In this document: positions 39,077 through 50,558 of the stretch, piece after piece
Layout: each line of letters begins with the position of its first letter
How positions within the stretch are numbered: position 1 is the first letter of the stretch
Program-made: the position numbers and the translations under genes
DNA from: Batkoa obscura
Lineage: Eukaryota
Reading direction: 5' to 3'
Length of the DNA stretch: 64,000 nt
NCBI GenBank assembly: GCA_030770535.1
Contig: JASVEC010000003.1
Coordinates: 186,001 to 250,000 of the forward strand
The notes under the pieces: model-generated
What the model was told of the DNA's origin: nothing
Database searches by the model: none
What the model saw: the letters and a program-made list of their open reading frames with translations, nothing else

Positions 39077-40444
39077 TTATTGCTTTATTAGACATACAAT
39101 CGAAAATACTGTTTCAAGTTTACAAAATCTCGGAAGAGTGTTTTCTACTATTGTAAATTTGATATTGTCGTTTAAAATATCTATTATATCTAATTTTAAG
39201 CTTCGCTTTAAGTCGGGGTTCATGTGCAATTCAATAAATTTAAGAGCTGCATTAGCATTATCCTTTAATGCTTGTTTCGCCGATATAGGTGAAGGTCTAT
39301 TTAATGAGGCCCCCTGTCCCATTAAAGGGAGTGCATTTTCCAATAAAGGAAGTACATTTTCCACTAAAGCAAGTACATCGGTCTGATGATAATGTGTAGC
39401 ATTGGATAGAATTAGCATCTGGTTATCTTCATTGGTTTGAAGTAAATTTAATGCTTTATCGTAATTCAGCTTCCATTTAAAAAAAGCGTCTGTAAGGATC
39501 CCTAAAGTAGGCTTGGTTATAACTTCACTAGTGACCGGATACATCCAAGGATCAAATATAATTCCTAATTTGTAGGGATTATCTTTTTCTTTCAATATTT
39601 CTAATACAGTACTACCACCAAAAGAATGTCCTAAAAGGTAAGTTTCTTTGAAATTTAATCTATTTTTAAACCTAGATAATCCATCAAACCAAAACTCTCC
39701 TTCCTTGTCTTTATTTAAATCTTTCAAAAACACAAATTCTTTATCCTTATTATCTGGTAAATATAATGCTTCCCTTTTTAACTCTCCTCGGTTTAACATT
39801 TCCAACACTTTTAACCCGTCTTTAATTTCCTTCCTCCTCAAAATCATCTGTTTTTGCCGAAATAGTAAGTTTTCTGGACTACCATACCTCCCCTCGGAAT
39901 GCTTATATATCACTTCCTTAGGGTTACTTGACCTATATGAATAAGCTGCTGATCCATCTTGATGTTCGATAGCTGCTACAACAATACCGTGGCTTGCTAA
40001 TTCTCCACAGGTCCCTGAATATAAAGTACGTGAGCCTAATTTTCCATGACTGAACAAGGCAACTGGAAATTCATCGATATCTTTTAATAAATCACTACCA
40101 TCTGATATATAACTTCCCTGCTTAGGTTGTTCATTTAAAAAATAAAGCAGCGATTTACTGATCATATTTGGCATTTTGGTCTGATCCAAATAGCCTATTA
40201 AATAGGATTGTTATATAAAGGACATTATATGTGATAGGATGTTACCTCTCATATATCGGTTATTAGGGTAGGGAGCCCATTTAGCCAATTGATTGTATAG
40301 TTTGTTGGATTCCGAAGGGTAATAAATTTTTAACAATACGCTATTTTCTTGTTCTGAGCTTCGAGTTATATTCAGATTGTACTCAATGTCTCTACAGCTT
40401 ACCTTATAAGGACCTGTATAGGCTGGTAGGTTGTTTAATAGCAT
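39077..40444 (-). CDS. PAF acetylhydrolase paralog 4 (two exons)
   Basis: SHGKLGSR, GHSFGGST, FDPW, HYHQTD; 7-aa duplication after the catalytic His. Confidence 0.9.
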
Positions 40445-41180
40445 TTTTATGACTAAAATTTTATTTTCAATTTTATTTTGTTTTTTTAAGGAGCTTTTAT
40501 ATCTTTTCTAAAATTATTTCCAATCATTCAATGCCAATTACATGATTACCCCTTTATCTCTTTTATCGATCTTTATAAAAGTAAAGTTAATTTTGATAAG
40601 AACATAAGTTGTTTTTCTATCAATTTGCTTTTATTATTACTAACGTTATAAATTGAAAAGTTAAATTAAAATTTTATTGTTTCATTTTGATAAAAATATA
40701 GAAAAACCAATTTTCTAAATTTAGGAAATTGTTTTGAAAGATCCTTTAAAGGTGATGATTGTGTTAGAAAAAATTGGCGGATGCAAGAGTGCACAATTGC
40801 TATGCATCTTTATTAGAATTCTATGGAATACCAACTCAACTAAAGAGTATAGCTGGAAGGCTCTCTTATAGCTTATCTATATGATACAAACCTGGATTCT
40901 TTTAATCCAAAATAAAAGAGCTTTGATTTAGAAATATGACTGTTATTACAATTTCTTTAGTAAATTGCTATTGTTTTTGAAACATGTTTTAATATTATAT
41001 GAATTTAAAATTTCTATAATAAATTGTCAAATAGTTTATAAGTTAAAAATTGTATTATGTTTTTATGTTTGTGGATCTGACTGATTTTTTTAAATTCCGT
41101 GTTATATAGAAATGGACAAATCGATAAAAAAAGGTATTCGTATATATTTATTATATTTTTAGCAGTAAGTTAAATCATGA

Positions 41181-41287
41181 ATATGAAGGTGTTTTTTTTG
41201 GCTTCATTACTTTTTCCATTTTTTAAGTGCTATCCGAGTGGAAAAATTATTAGTAAAATTGTTAAGCAAAAAACTACATCCCCATAT
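41181..41287 (+). mobile_element. ~105-bp MITE family copy 6
   Basis: ATATGAAGGTGTTTTTTTTGGCTTC...AAAAACTACATCCCCATAT. Confidence 0.88.
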
Positions 41288-41594
41288 ATAATATTATAGT
41301 TCTTTCTTCCTCTTTACGCATTTTCAAATATTTTCTTTAGCTACAAAAATTAAAATCAAAATAGTGTTTAATATTTTTTCATAACAGTTTTAAATTATGA
41401 ATTTTTAGATACCAAAATAAGTTATAACTAGCTTGTGTTATAAGCGCTATGTAAAAAAGCTGTAAAAGATATAGACAATCTTGTAACTATGCTTCATTAG
41501 CTCTAAATTAAGATGGCGAATCCTGTAAATGTTTGAAAGTGATTGAATGGGTTCAAAACTCTTGTGAATTCGAAATCAAGTTTTTATTAATAAT

Positions 41595-42953
41595 CTATAT
41601 TTTTTTGTTGATTGAAATAAATCTGGTGTTATCATTTAAGTTGTCTACTATATCTAATTTCAAGTTTTGCTTTAAGTCGGGATCCATGTGTGACTCAATA
41701 AATTTAAGAGCTGCATTAACATTATCCTTTAAAGCTTGTTTTGCCGATATAGACAAAAGTTTAGAAAAAGGAAACAAATTTTGAACTAAACGGAGCTCAT
41801 TTTGCAACAATGGGAGCACATATTCCATCAAAGGGAGCGCATTTCCCAAAAAAGGGAGCGCATTTTCTATTAAAGCAGGTACATCGGACTGATGGTAATG
41901 TATAGAATTTAGTAGAACAAACACCTGATTGTCATCATTGGCTTGTAGTAACTTTAAAGTTTTATTATAATTCGGCTGCCATTTAGAGAATGCATCCGTA
42001 AGGACCCCTAAACTAGGCTTAGTAATGATATCACTGGTTACTGGATACATCCAAGGATCAAATGTAATTCCTAATTTGTAGGGATTATCTTTTTCTTTCA
42101 ATATTTCTAATACAGTACTACCACCAAAAGAATGTCCTAAAAGGTAAGTTTCTTTGAAATTTAGTCGATTTTTAAACCCAGCTAACCCATCAAACCAAAA
42201 TTCTCTTTCGTCTTTATCCTTATTCAACTCTTTTAAATATTGCCACTCATTATCTTTTTCATCTGGTAGATATAATCCTTCCTTTTGCAATTGTCCTTGA
42301 TTTAACAATTCCAATACTTTCAACCCTTCTTTAAGCTCCTTCTTTCTCAATATTATCTGTTTTTGACGAAACAGTAAATTTTCCGGACTACCTTCCTTCC
42401 CATCTGGAGTCTCATATTTCAACTCCTGAGGCTTACTAGGCCTATATGAATAAGCTGCTGATCCATCTTGATGTTCGATAGCTGCTACAACAATACCGTG
42501 GCTTGCTAACTCTCCGCAGGTTCCTGAATAAAGTGTACGTGTACCTGCCAATCCGTGACTGAAAAAAGCAACTGGGAACTGATCGATGCTTTTTAACAAA
42601 TCACTGCCATCTGATATATAACTTCCCTGCTTAGGGTGACCATAAAAGTAATTAATTAATGGATTACTAATTGTAGTTGGTATTTTGAGATAATCTAAAA
42701 AGCCTATTAAGTAGGATTAGTATAGAGCGGCAAACAGTTATTTTAAAACATTACTTCTCATGTATACATTACTAGGGTAAGGAGCCCAATTCATTAATTG
42801 ATTGTATAGTTTGTTGGATTCAGAAGGATAACAAACTCTCAATAACACACTGTCATCTTGGTCAATATTTCGTGCTATGTTTAAGTTGTATTCAATATCC
42901 CTACAGCTTACTTTATATGGGCCTGAATAGGCGGGTAGATTGTTTAATAGCAT
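41595..42953 (-). CDS. PAF acetylhydrolase paralog 5 (two exons)
   Basis: Exon 2 is open from the acceptor near 42704 (GFLDYLKIPT..); SHGLAGTR, GHSFGGST, FDPW, HYHQSD; heptad expansion. Confidence 0.92.
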
Positions 42954-45036
42954 TTTTGAGGTTAGATTTCAATATCAATAATCTTTAGTGCTCTCCTACT
43001 TTTGTTATTTCTTTTATCTTTTATCTTTTTTTACAGCTCACTCTTTAACTTCTAAATTTTTTTGTATACAAATGCCTTTTTTTCATTTTGTTTTTATGGT
43101 TTATCTCAACTACCTTGACCAAGATTAAGTTTGTTTTAGGATAGATGTTAATAAATCTTTGCTGAGCTTAATGTTATTTGCAGTAAATCCTTCACATCAT
43201 CTTTAAATCTTTCTTGTTATCTTCAAAGGATCAAATGATAACCCGTTTACTCTTTAGAGATCTTCATAAAATAATTTTGATCTCTACACAAAAACAAGTT
43301 ATTTATTATTGCAAATACTATTAATTGAAAGTGCAAATTAAACCACATCGGTTTCATTTCGATAAAAAAAATAAAAATTATTTATGCAAATTTGGAAATT
43401 ACTATAAAAAATTCTAAAGTTAATGATTTGAGTTTGCAAAAAGCTTAAATGCTATGACTGTGTCCAGTTGTTACGGAATTGCCAATAGGGGAATGCATTT
43501 GATGCTTAATGTTGAAATCAAAAGGATTTTACTTTAATGGCTAATATAAAAGATTTCAAAGGCGGATTTGTTTAAGCCGAAGTATAAAACCAACTTTGAT
43601 TTTAATAAAAAGTGTTATCATTATTTAATTAAACTTGACAGTTATTAGGATACAACTTGTTAAATTAAAAGGTATTATTGATTTAAATATATGAAAGTAC
43701 TTGAAGTTAATAATTTTAAATTAGATGTCTTTCTTAGAATATATTTAAATTGTTTAATTCTTTGATTTTTCAATAAGATATCAAATAACATATTGCCAAA
43801 AAATAATGATATATATCATTTCTTAACAATGAAATATGAAAATGTTCTTTGAATTCTAATAAAAATAATCCTAAGCTTAAAAACCTGGCGATGCTTTGAT
43901 ACAAACCGAAGATATAGCTTAATATCTGAAAATGTTCCACAGGCTTCCTTAAGATCACAGATAGCTTTAGAGAATTTTTCATCAGAAAATAAATACAAGT
44001 TATACAATATTATTTGTTTTAGACATAGCGTTTTGAGGTTTAGTATTTAAATTGCTACTATTTAAAAAATAATAGAGTGATATTTTTAATTTAAAATAAG
44101 CTTTAGATTACTTATATTAAACAAAAATTAAAACTTGGGTATAAAGCCTATTGACAGTAAATATAATACTATTAAACAGCTTCTATTTTGTTCTTTAAAG
44201 GTAGGGTAAAAAGCTTTGCCCTCTAACCTTAAATGTAAATCTACTTTATTGAACAGATTTCTTCCATTTAATTGATTATAATCGATCTTTCTATAATCAA
44301 GATAATATTTATTATAAGAATATTCAAAAGCAAACAGTCGACTGTGTAATTATCACAACGTTTTATTAGGCGTTGTAGGTTTATTCTTTTATAATTTAAT
44401 GAAGTTTAAAATACTTTACACTTAATTTAGCATTATACTGGAAATTTATAATAGCTAGTCTAAATTAATCTAATTTCAAAATAATGAAATGCTGAGTGTC
44501 TGAGCACTTTATACAAGCTATTGAACACTATATTATAACAAATAATTATCAAAGCTAGCTTTGAAAGTTTATTCTTTTTTTCTTATTAGTATATAGCATA
44601 GTAAATTCTAAATTGTAAATAATTTAATTACTTATATTATAAGGTTATTGTATTTACTTTGCTTTAAAATAAATAAAACTTACTCACCTCATTTTCTGAT
44701 ATATGTCTCGTATTTTAAATATTTATTCTATATGATTTAGATACAATCAATATAAAAGCAATGGACTTTCATATAGGGTTATTTTTCAAATAACCAATTT
44801 TAGGATCTTGTCAAAATGAAGATAATCAAAAAAATTGCAATTTTTAAGCAAATATACTAAATAAGGTAAACTTAAATCTCGGAGTAAGCAGGTTTTGAAT
44901 TTTAAAACATAGCAAATATCATTCAATAAGCTATATTTTTTAAAGAATACGTCAAATTTTTCAATTTATTTTTTTAAATAAAATTTCTATAAATCTTTCT
45001 TTCCTTTTCATTTCAATTTCAATTTCAATTACAATC

Positions 45037-46270
45037 ATGTCGCCAGCGAATAGTATGTTATCAACACTGCCTATCATTAACTTGGACGCATTTTTAAATG
45101 ATCCAAATAGTCCAGATAGTATTCAAGAGGCTAAAAAAGTAATTTAAATATAATTAAAATTTAAAACATTCCAACTTACGTTTCTAGGTTAAAGAAGCCC
45201 TTATAAACTATGGTTGTTTGGTAGTGAAAGACCCTCGTGTTAGCGAGTCTAAAAACCAGGAGTTCTTAAACTTAGTGGAAAGCTACTATGATCAAGGTAC
45301 TGAAAAAGTGATGGAAGACGCAAGGCCAGAGGTAGGATATCAGGTTGGCGTTACCCCACCATCTACTGAAGACCCAAGATGCAAAACGGATACAGCTTGT
45401 CAAGAAATCATTGAGAAAGTAAATAAAATTTGTTTTTAGAGATAAGAAATAAGAAAACTAATCTTGACTGTTAGTTGCCTATAGAGAGTCGACCATTAAC
45501 AAGCAGTGGACCAGACCCAAAATGGCGTTATGCTTGGAGAATCGGCAACTCAAACAAGAATGAAGAGCTTAAGTTGTTGAAGTCGGAGCAAGTGGTGCCA
45601 AAAGGTAAGATAAATAAAGTGAAGATTAACAAACAATATTTTTAAAAAATTATTAGGCTTTCCAACCTGGGAAAAGATAATGGATGAATGGGGTAATTTG
45701 ATGCATCAAGCCGTAGCTAGTATCTCACAGTTAGCTGCACTTGGCTTTGAGTTACCTATGAACACTTTTTATGACCTTATTAGGGACGGTGCTCATCTTC
45801 TCTCACCAACTGGCTCAAACCTTAATGAATATAATAAAAAAGACACTATTTTAGCTGGATTTCATTACGACCTTTGCTTTTTAACGATCCATGGAAAATC
45901 ACGCTTCCCAGGCTTAAATATTTGGGCTAGAAATAACTTTGAAAAAGTACCGGTTAAGGTACCAGATGGTTATTTGTTGGTACAAGCTGGTAAACAATTT
46001 GAATGGGTCACTGGGGGTGTCATTAAGGCAGGTTATCATGAGGTGATTATCAATGATGGAACTATTCAAGCGATTCAGAAAGCTAAAAACGAAAAGAGAT
46101 CTTTATGGAGAGTCTCTTCTACTTTATTTAATCATATTCAATCGGATAAATTTATAGAGCCTATTCCTCAGCTTAAAGAGTATGATTCGTTTAATTCAGA
46201 GAAATATCCTAAGATGTTGGCCCATGATTATGTAGTTAAAGAGTTAGCAGGGATCAATCTTTTTTCTTAA
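45037..46270 (+). CDS. 2OG-Fe(II) dioxygenase (IPNS/clavaminate synthase-like fold), four exons
   Basis: LPIINLDAFL, YGCLVVKDPR, YQVGVTP, PDPKWRY, HxD motif GFHYDL, distal His AGYHEV, RxS motif WRVSSTLF. Confidence 0.9.
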
Positions 46271-46418
46271 TAATTTAAATAATACTATTTTTTATCTTTT
46301 TATTTTATTTTCCATTTTTCGTTTCGTTCTTAATTTAAAAGTTTAATTATGAGATTATAGGCTAAATGCTTTGTAAAAATTGTAGTTTTATTGTTATTAT
46401 TATTGAAAAGTAAAAAAA

Positions 46419-49400
46419 TTAAAGTTTAAGTTTTAAGCGATCAAGTGGTCTAACTTGCCTTAAATAGTTTCGAACTGGACCTAGGACAAATACTGCTTCC
46501 CAAATTAGAGAACATGCCATATTTCCTAAGCATAAACCAAGCATAGCGTATCTAAAGTAAGGTGGGTACACATTATGTCCAGTAGGAATATTGTATTTTG
46601 AAATTTCAAAATCAGGTTTTGGGTATCCCATTGCAACTAATACATTTTTGTCACCACAATTCAATCTCATTAAACAGCCAAGGCGATTAGGGTCTGCGAG
46701 TAACATATAAATTAACATGGTCAAGAAGATGGCCCATAAAATGATTAAAGAGTAATTCCTAAAGAAAGCACGACGGAATTTATACCCAAAATTATAAATA
46801 AATCCTGCATTTACAAATTGGAATAAGGTAATGAAACCTAGCGTCTGGCCTTCAAAGTTATCTCCTAATAGATACCATTTGGTAAGATCAACATAGTTGC
46901 CATCAAACTCATTACATTTGAAGAAAGATTGTTTATACAATAATCCATAAGCTCCCATTAAGAAAACGGTATTAATTAACACTTGACCAATGGTTGAACA
47001 TAATGTTTCTGGTCCTAATAAGCGAGCAGTTGGTCTATAGGGTGAAAGTTTTACAGCAGCCTTAGATTGTGATATAGCTAAAGTCATACCAATAGCAATA
47101 AAAGCATCTACAGCAATCCAAATATTTTGAGACACAGAAACTGAGAAGTAAAATGATGGAATCTTAAGCCAGGCCATGATTTCACCATACATAATAAGAT
47201 ATTTATAACCAGCAAACGAAGTAGCAAGTGCAGCACGACCTTGACGTAAAAGTTCAACACATGATGCAACAGAACGGAAAGATGATGAAAATGGTGATAC
47301 AATAGAAGCTTCAGCTTCGGATAAAGCAATACCAACATGAGCTGCACGTAAAGCACCACAATCATTACCACCATCTCCACACATAGCAGTAACACCACGT
47401 TCCATATGTAACTTGATGCAATCTACCTTATCTTGAGGTGTCATACGAGCAAAAACACGAGTATTCAATACAAGCTCTCTAATAACTGACTCGTTTTTAC
47501 AAAGTTCGTTAAAAGCTTTACCTGACATAGCTAATTCTAAGGTAGTACCTAAGCCATCTTTAGGAAACATTGAAAGAATTGATTCAGTATCAAGTAAGGT
47601 ACGATTAGGATTTGAGTATTCATCTACATCTACCCAATAAACCTGTTTGTTTTCATCAGTTTCAGCCAGGTAAACTTGGGAAGTGTTAGGCATCATACTA
47701 CAAGCTTTAGCAATATAAACCCCAGTCAAAGCAGTATCACCAGTAATCATAACAGTACGAGTATTGCCCTCTTTCAATTCACGTATTGATTCTTCAGTAT
47801 CTTCTTTGAGAAGATTCTTGAATACAATTAAACCTAATAAATCAATATCCTTTTCAAGTTCTTCACGACTCATATCTTTTAAGGTGGCAATATCAATTTT
47901 ACCAAGATCACGATGAGCTAATGCTAATACATAACAACCTTCTTTAGCCAAGTCATTGGTGATATTATCATAATCATCAGGAATTGAAGCAGGGTTTGAT
48001 AAGTCTTTAAGTTTCTCAAAAGATCCCTTAACAAAGATATGAACATGACCGGTATTTGAATCCAAAACGGCAACAGACATAGAAGCTCTAGCATGAACAA
48101 ATTCAAATCGTTTTATAATATGGGCCTCCCATGGTTTTTCATCTGGAGACTGCATAGTATCAACGTAATCTGGGGATGGTGGCTGAAGTAACTTCCATTT
48201 GGTCGATGTAAACATTTCGATATCTACTGGGTTACCGATTAAAGTACCATTTACTTGAGTTACGGAATGACATGAAGCTAACCCAAGTTGGAAAAGCTCA
48301 TTGAATTCTTCCTGTTCATATCTAAGCTCGCCAAATCTCTTTTCTGATCCAACTATTTGCCCACCGTAAAACTCAAGACCCTCTTTCGTTAAAGTGCCAG
48401 TTTTATCAAAGCAAAAGATCTGGACTTTACCAGCTATCATGATTCTAGGTAAATCAACGCAGAAAATTTTCTTTTTTCTTAATTCATTAGAAGCAACGGA
48501 CTGACCTACTACCAAGGCAGCAGGCAAAATGGGAGATAAAATTTGAGATAAACAGAACATACCATAAAACCAAGAAGCTGTACCGCCCTTTTGTTGCAGC
48601 CATAATGATAGACAGAAAAGGACTACACCCCAGATAGCTAAAATAATAATAACTACTTTAAGTTGTTCATCAAATATAAATGAAATTGGGTTGGGGAATA
48701 AGATCTTGTAAACTAGTTGACCCTTATCGGTAGAGGTAGAAGTTTGGTAAACCAAAGCTGTAACTATTTGCTCATCATTGGATGGTGTGATTTGCACAAC
48801 AGTTGTGCCAGAGAACAAAGAATTAATTTTTGATGCACCTAATCGATCATAAACAGTTTCTTCATTTTTTACTGGGAATTTACGAATAGGTAAAGGTTCT
48901 CCAGTTAATGAGGATTCATCAGCAACGATATTACCACTAATTAAAATAGCATCGCAAGGGACCACTTTATTATTTTCAACTTGGAAAATATCTCCTGGTA
49001 CAAGGTCAGCAGTAGATTTATCAGTCCATTCACCATCTCTCAATATTTTAACATGATCCTGATGTTCTGCCATCTTTTTAACTCTTTTTTCGGCCCTAAG
49101 TCTGACTACTACCTTAATAAAGGCTGATACGAAAATAACTGCAGTATCTACCAAACCAATCTCATAGTAAGCAAGATAGTAAAAAAGCCACATAATCATA
49201 AGCTGATAAAGATAGAAAAAGGAAGTGAATTCTTGGAGGAAAGCAACAATGAAAGAGGGCACATAAACTTCAATAAAATTAGGGCCTTTAAGCTCAAGAC
49301 GACGATTAGCTTCTGCGGTTGAAAGTCCAGAACTCAGCTTAAGGAAATGAGAGGAATGAGTCCCTAAATCAAAATCAAAAGGTTGGAAGTGTGTTGAACT

Positions 49401-50558
49401 ATCGTTATAAACGTAACGACGACATTGATAATTAAAATATAATAAATCATTGGAGGTCCTTAAAAGTTGCGTGGATGTAATTCTATAATTAGCACCTAAA
49501 GCTACTTTTAAGCCTTGTTCTACTTGACGTAATTTGGCAAGAATTTGGGACCCATCGTCCAATAAGATGGTAGGGATCTGTGGTTGTTCAATTTGGATAT
49601 ATTGGGCTTGAAGAGGCTTAACTTGGATACGGAAGAAATTCCTTAAGCGGAAACGGAAAACATTAAGCACTACAAACCAAGTAGTAGCAAAAATCCAAAT
49701 ACCAATGAACATGGATGAAGAAAGATCATAACTTTCATGAGCTATACCATAAAACTTCCCATTGAGAGCACCATAATAATCGGCTGTAATAACGGCAAGG
49801 TAGACGATCCATCCAACACTAATAAATAAAAAGGAGTATAACATAAAAGTACCAAAATAGTCATTGACAAAGCCTTTGATTGGGAAAGGTTCGTCTTCAA
49901 GCTCAGAGTCATTATCAGCTCCTTTTTTCTCATTTACTTCAACTGGTGATGTATCAACAGCATACATATGTTGAGCCTTGCCTTCTCTTAATCTTTTATA
50001 AGCGATCCAAAGTAAAATTAATAAAATTTCCAGACCAAGTATAGAGAAAACAGAAATCCACATAGGCTCCCTAAAGGTAAACTGGGGATTTGGAGCTGGA
50101 GGACAAGCGGCCCAGTATTTTTCATCACTAATTCCAGAAGACCAGTTATTGAGATCAGTAGCTGTATTTAATTTATCTCCGCAATTATTAGCTAACATTT
50201 TATTTTTAATGCTAGGGTCAAATGCATCAATATCTACCATAACTGGTTTCGAGGAACATGGAACGTGGTCTGTAGAATCGTCTAGACATGAACATATGTT
50301 CTTTATACCATCACAAGAGCTATGACAAGCTCCATCACCACATGGTACTTGGCCATCAGCACATTCTAATTTCACGCCTTCTGGACATTGAGATAAATCT
50401 TTAACACATAGGATGTTACATTTTAAATCTAAAACTTTGTGTCGTGGACAAACGTTTCCATCCAAATCGAAATCATTAATTGTATTAAAGGCAGGGATAC
50501 TATATACACTATTAAGTATAAGTAAACTTGGAAGAAGCTTTGAGAAATTAAGCTTCAT
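46419..50558 (-). CDS. P5-type ATPase (ATP13A/Ypk9-related) with N-terminal signal peptide and Cys-rich extracellular domain, intronless
   Basis: DESSLTGE, CFDKTGTLT, KGSFE, MITGD, VFARMTPQDK, MCGDGGNDCGAL, ASIVSPF; M4 SPILP. Confidence 0.93.
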   Translation of the reverse strand: MKLNFSKLLPSLLILNSVYSIPAFNTINDFDLDGNVCPRHKVLDLKCNILCVKDLSQCPEGVKLECADGQVPCGDGACHSSCDGIKNICSCLDDSTDHVPCSSKPVMVDIDAFDPSIKNKMLANNCGDKLNTATDLNNWSSGISDEKYWAACPPAPNPQFTFREPMWISVFSILGLEILLILLWIAYKRLREGKAQHMYAVDTSPVEVNEKKGADNDSELEDEPFPIKGFVNDYFGTFMLYSFLFISVGWIVYLAVITADYYGALNGKFYGIAHESYDLSSSMFIGIWIFATTWFVVLNVFRFRLRNFFRIQVKPLQAQYIQIEQPQIPTILLDDGSQILAKLRQVEQGLKVALGANYRITSTQLLRTSNDLLYFNYQCRRYVYNDSSTHFQPFDFDLGTHSSHFLKLSSGLSTAEANRRLELKGPNFIEVYVPSFIVAFLQEFTSFFYLYQLMIMWLFYYLAYYEIGLVDTAVIFVSAFIKVVVRLRAEKRVKKMAEHQDHVKILRDGEWTDKSTADLVPGDIFQVENNKVVPCDAILISGNIVADESSLTGEPLPIRKFPVKNEETVYDRLGASKINSLFSGTTVVQITPSNDEQIVTALVYQTSTSTDKGQLVYKILFPNPISFIFDEQLKVVIIILAIWGVVLFCLSLWLQQKGGTASWFYGMFCLSQILSPILPAALVVGQSVASNELRKKKIFCVDLPRIMIAGKVQIFCFDKTGTLTKEGLEFYGGQIVGSEKRFGELRYEQEEFNELFQLGLASCHSVTQVNGTLIGNPVDIEMFTSTKWKLLQPPSPDYVDTMQSPDEKPWEAHIIKRFEFVHARASMSVAVLDSNTGHVHIFVKGSFEKLKDLSNPASIPDDYDNITNDLAKEGCYVLALAHRDLGKIDIATLKDMSREELEKDIDLLGLIVFKNLLKEDTEESIRELKEGNTRTVMITGDTALTGVYIAKACSMMPNTSQVYLAETDENKQVYWVDVDEYSNPNRTLLDTESILSMFPKDGLGTTLELAMSGKAFNELCKNESVIRELVLNTRVFARMTPQDKVDCIKLHMERGVTAMCGDGGNDCGALRAAHVGIALSEAEASIVSPFSSSFRSVASCVELLRQGRAALATSFAGYKYLIMYGEIMAWLKIPSFYFSVSVSQNIWIAVDAFIAIGMTLAISQSKAAVKLSPYRPTARLLGPETLCSTIGQVLINTVFLMGAYGLLYKQSFFKCNEFDGNYVDLTKWYLLGDNFEGQTLGFITLFQFVNAGFIYNFGYKFRRAFFRNYSLIILWAIFLTMLIYMLLADPNRLGCLMRLNCGDKNVLVAMGYPKPDFEISKYNIPTGHNVYPPYFRYAMLGLCLGNMACSLIWEAVFVLGPVRNYLRQVRPLDRLKLKL

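Noticed and set aside
43770..44007. Two overlapping minus-strand ORFs, possibly a gene remnant
   Set aside because: No recognisable family or splice structure; cannot be supported.
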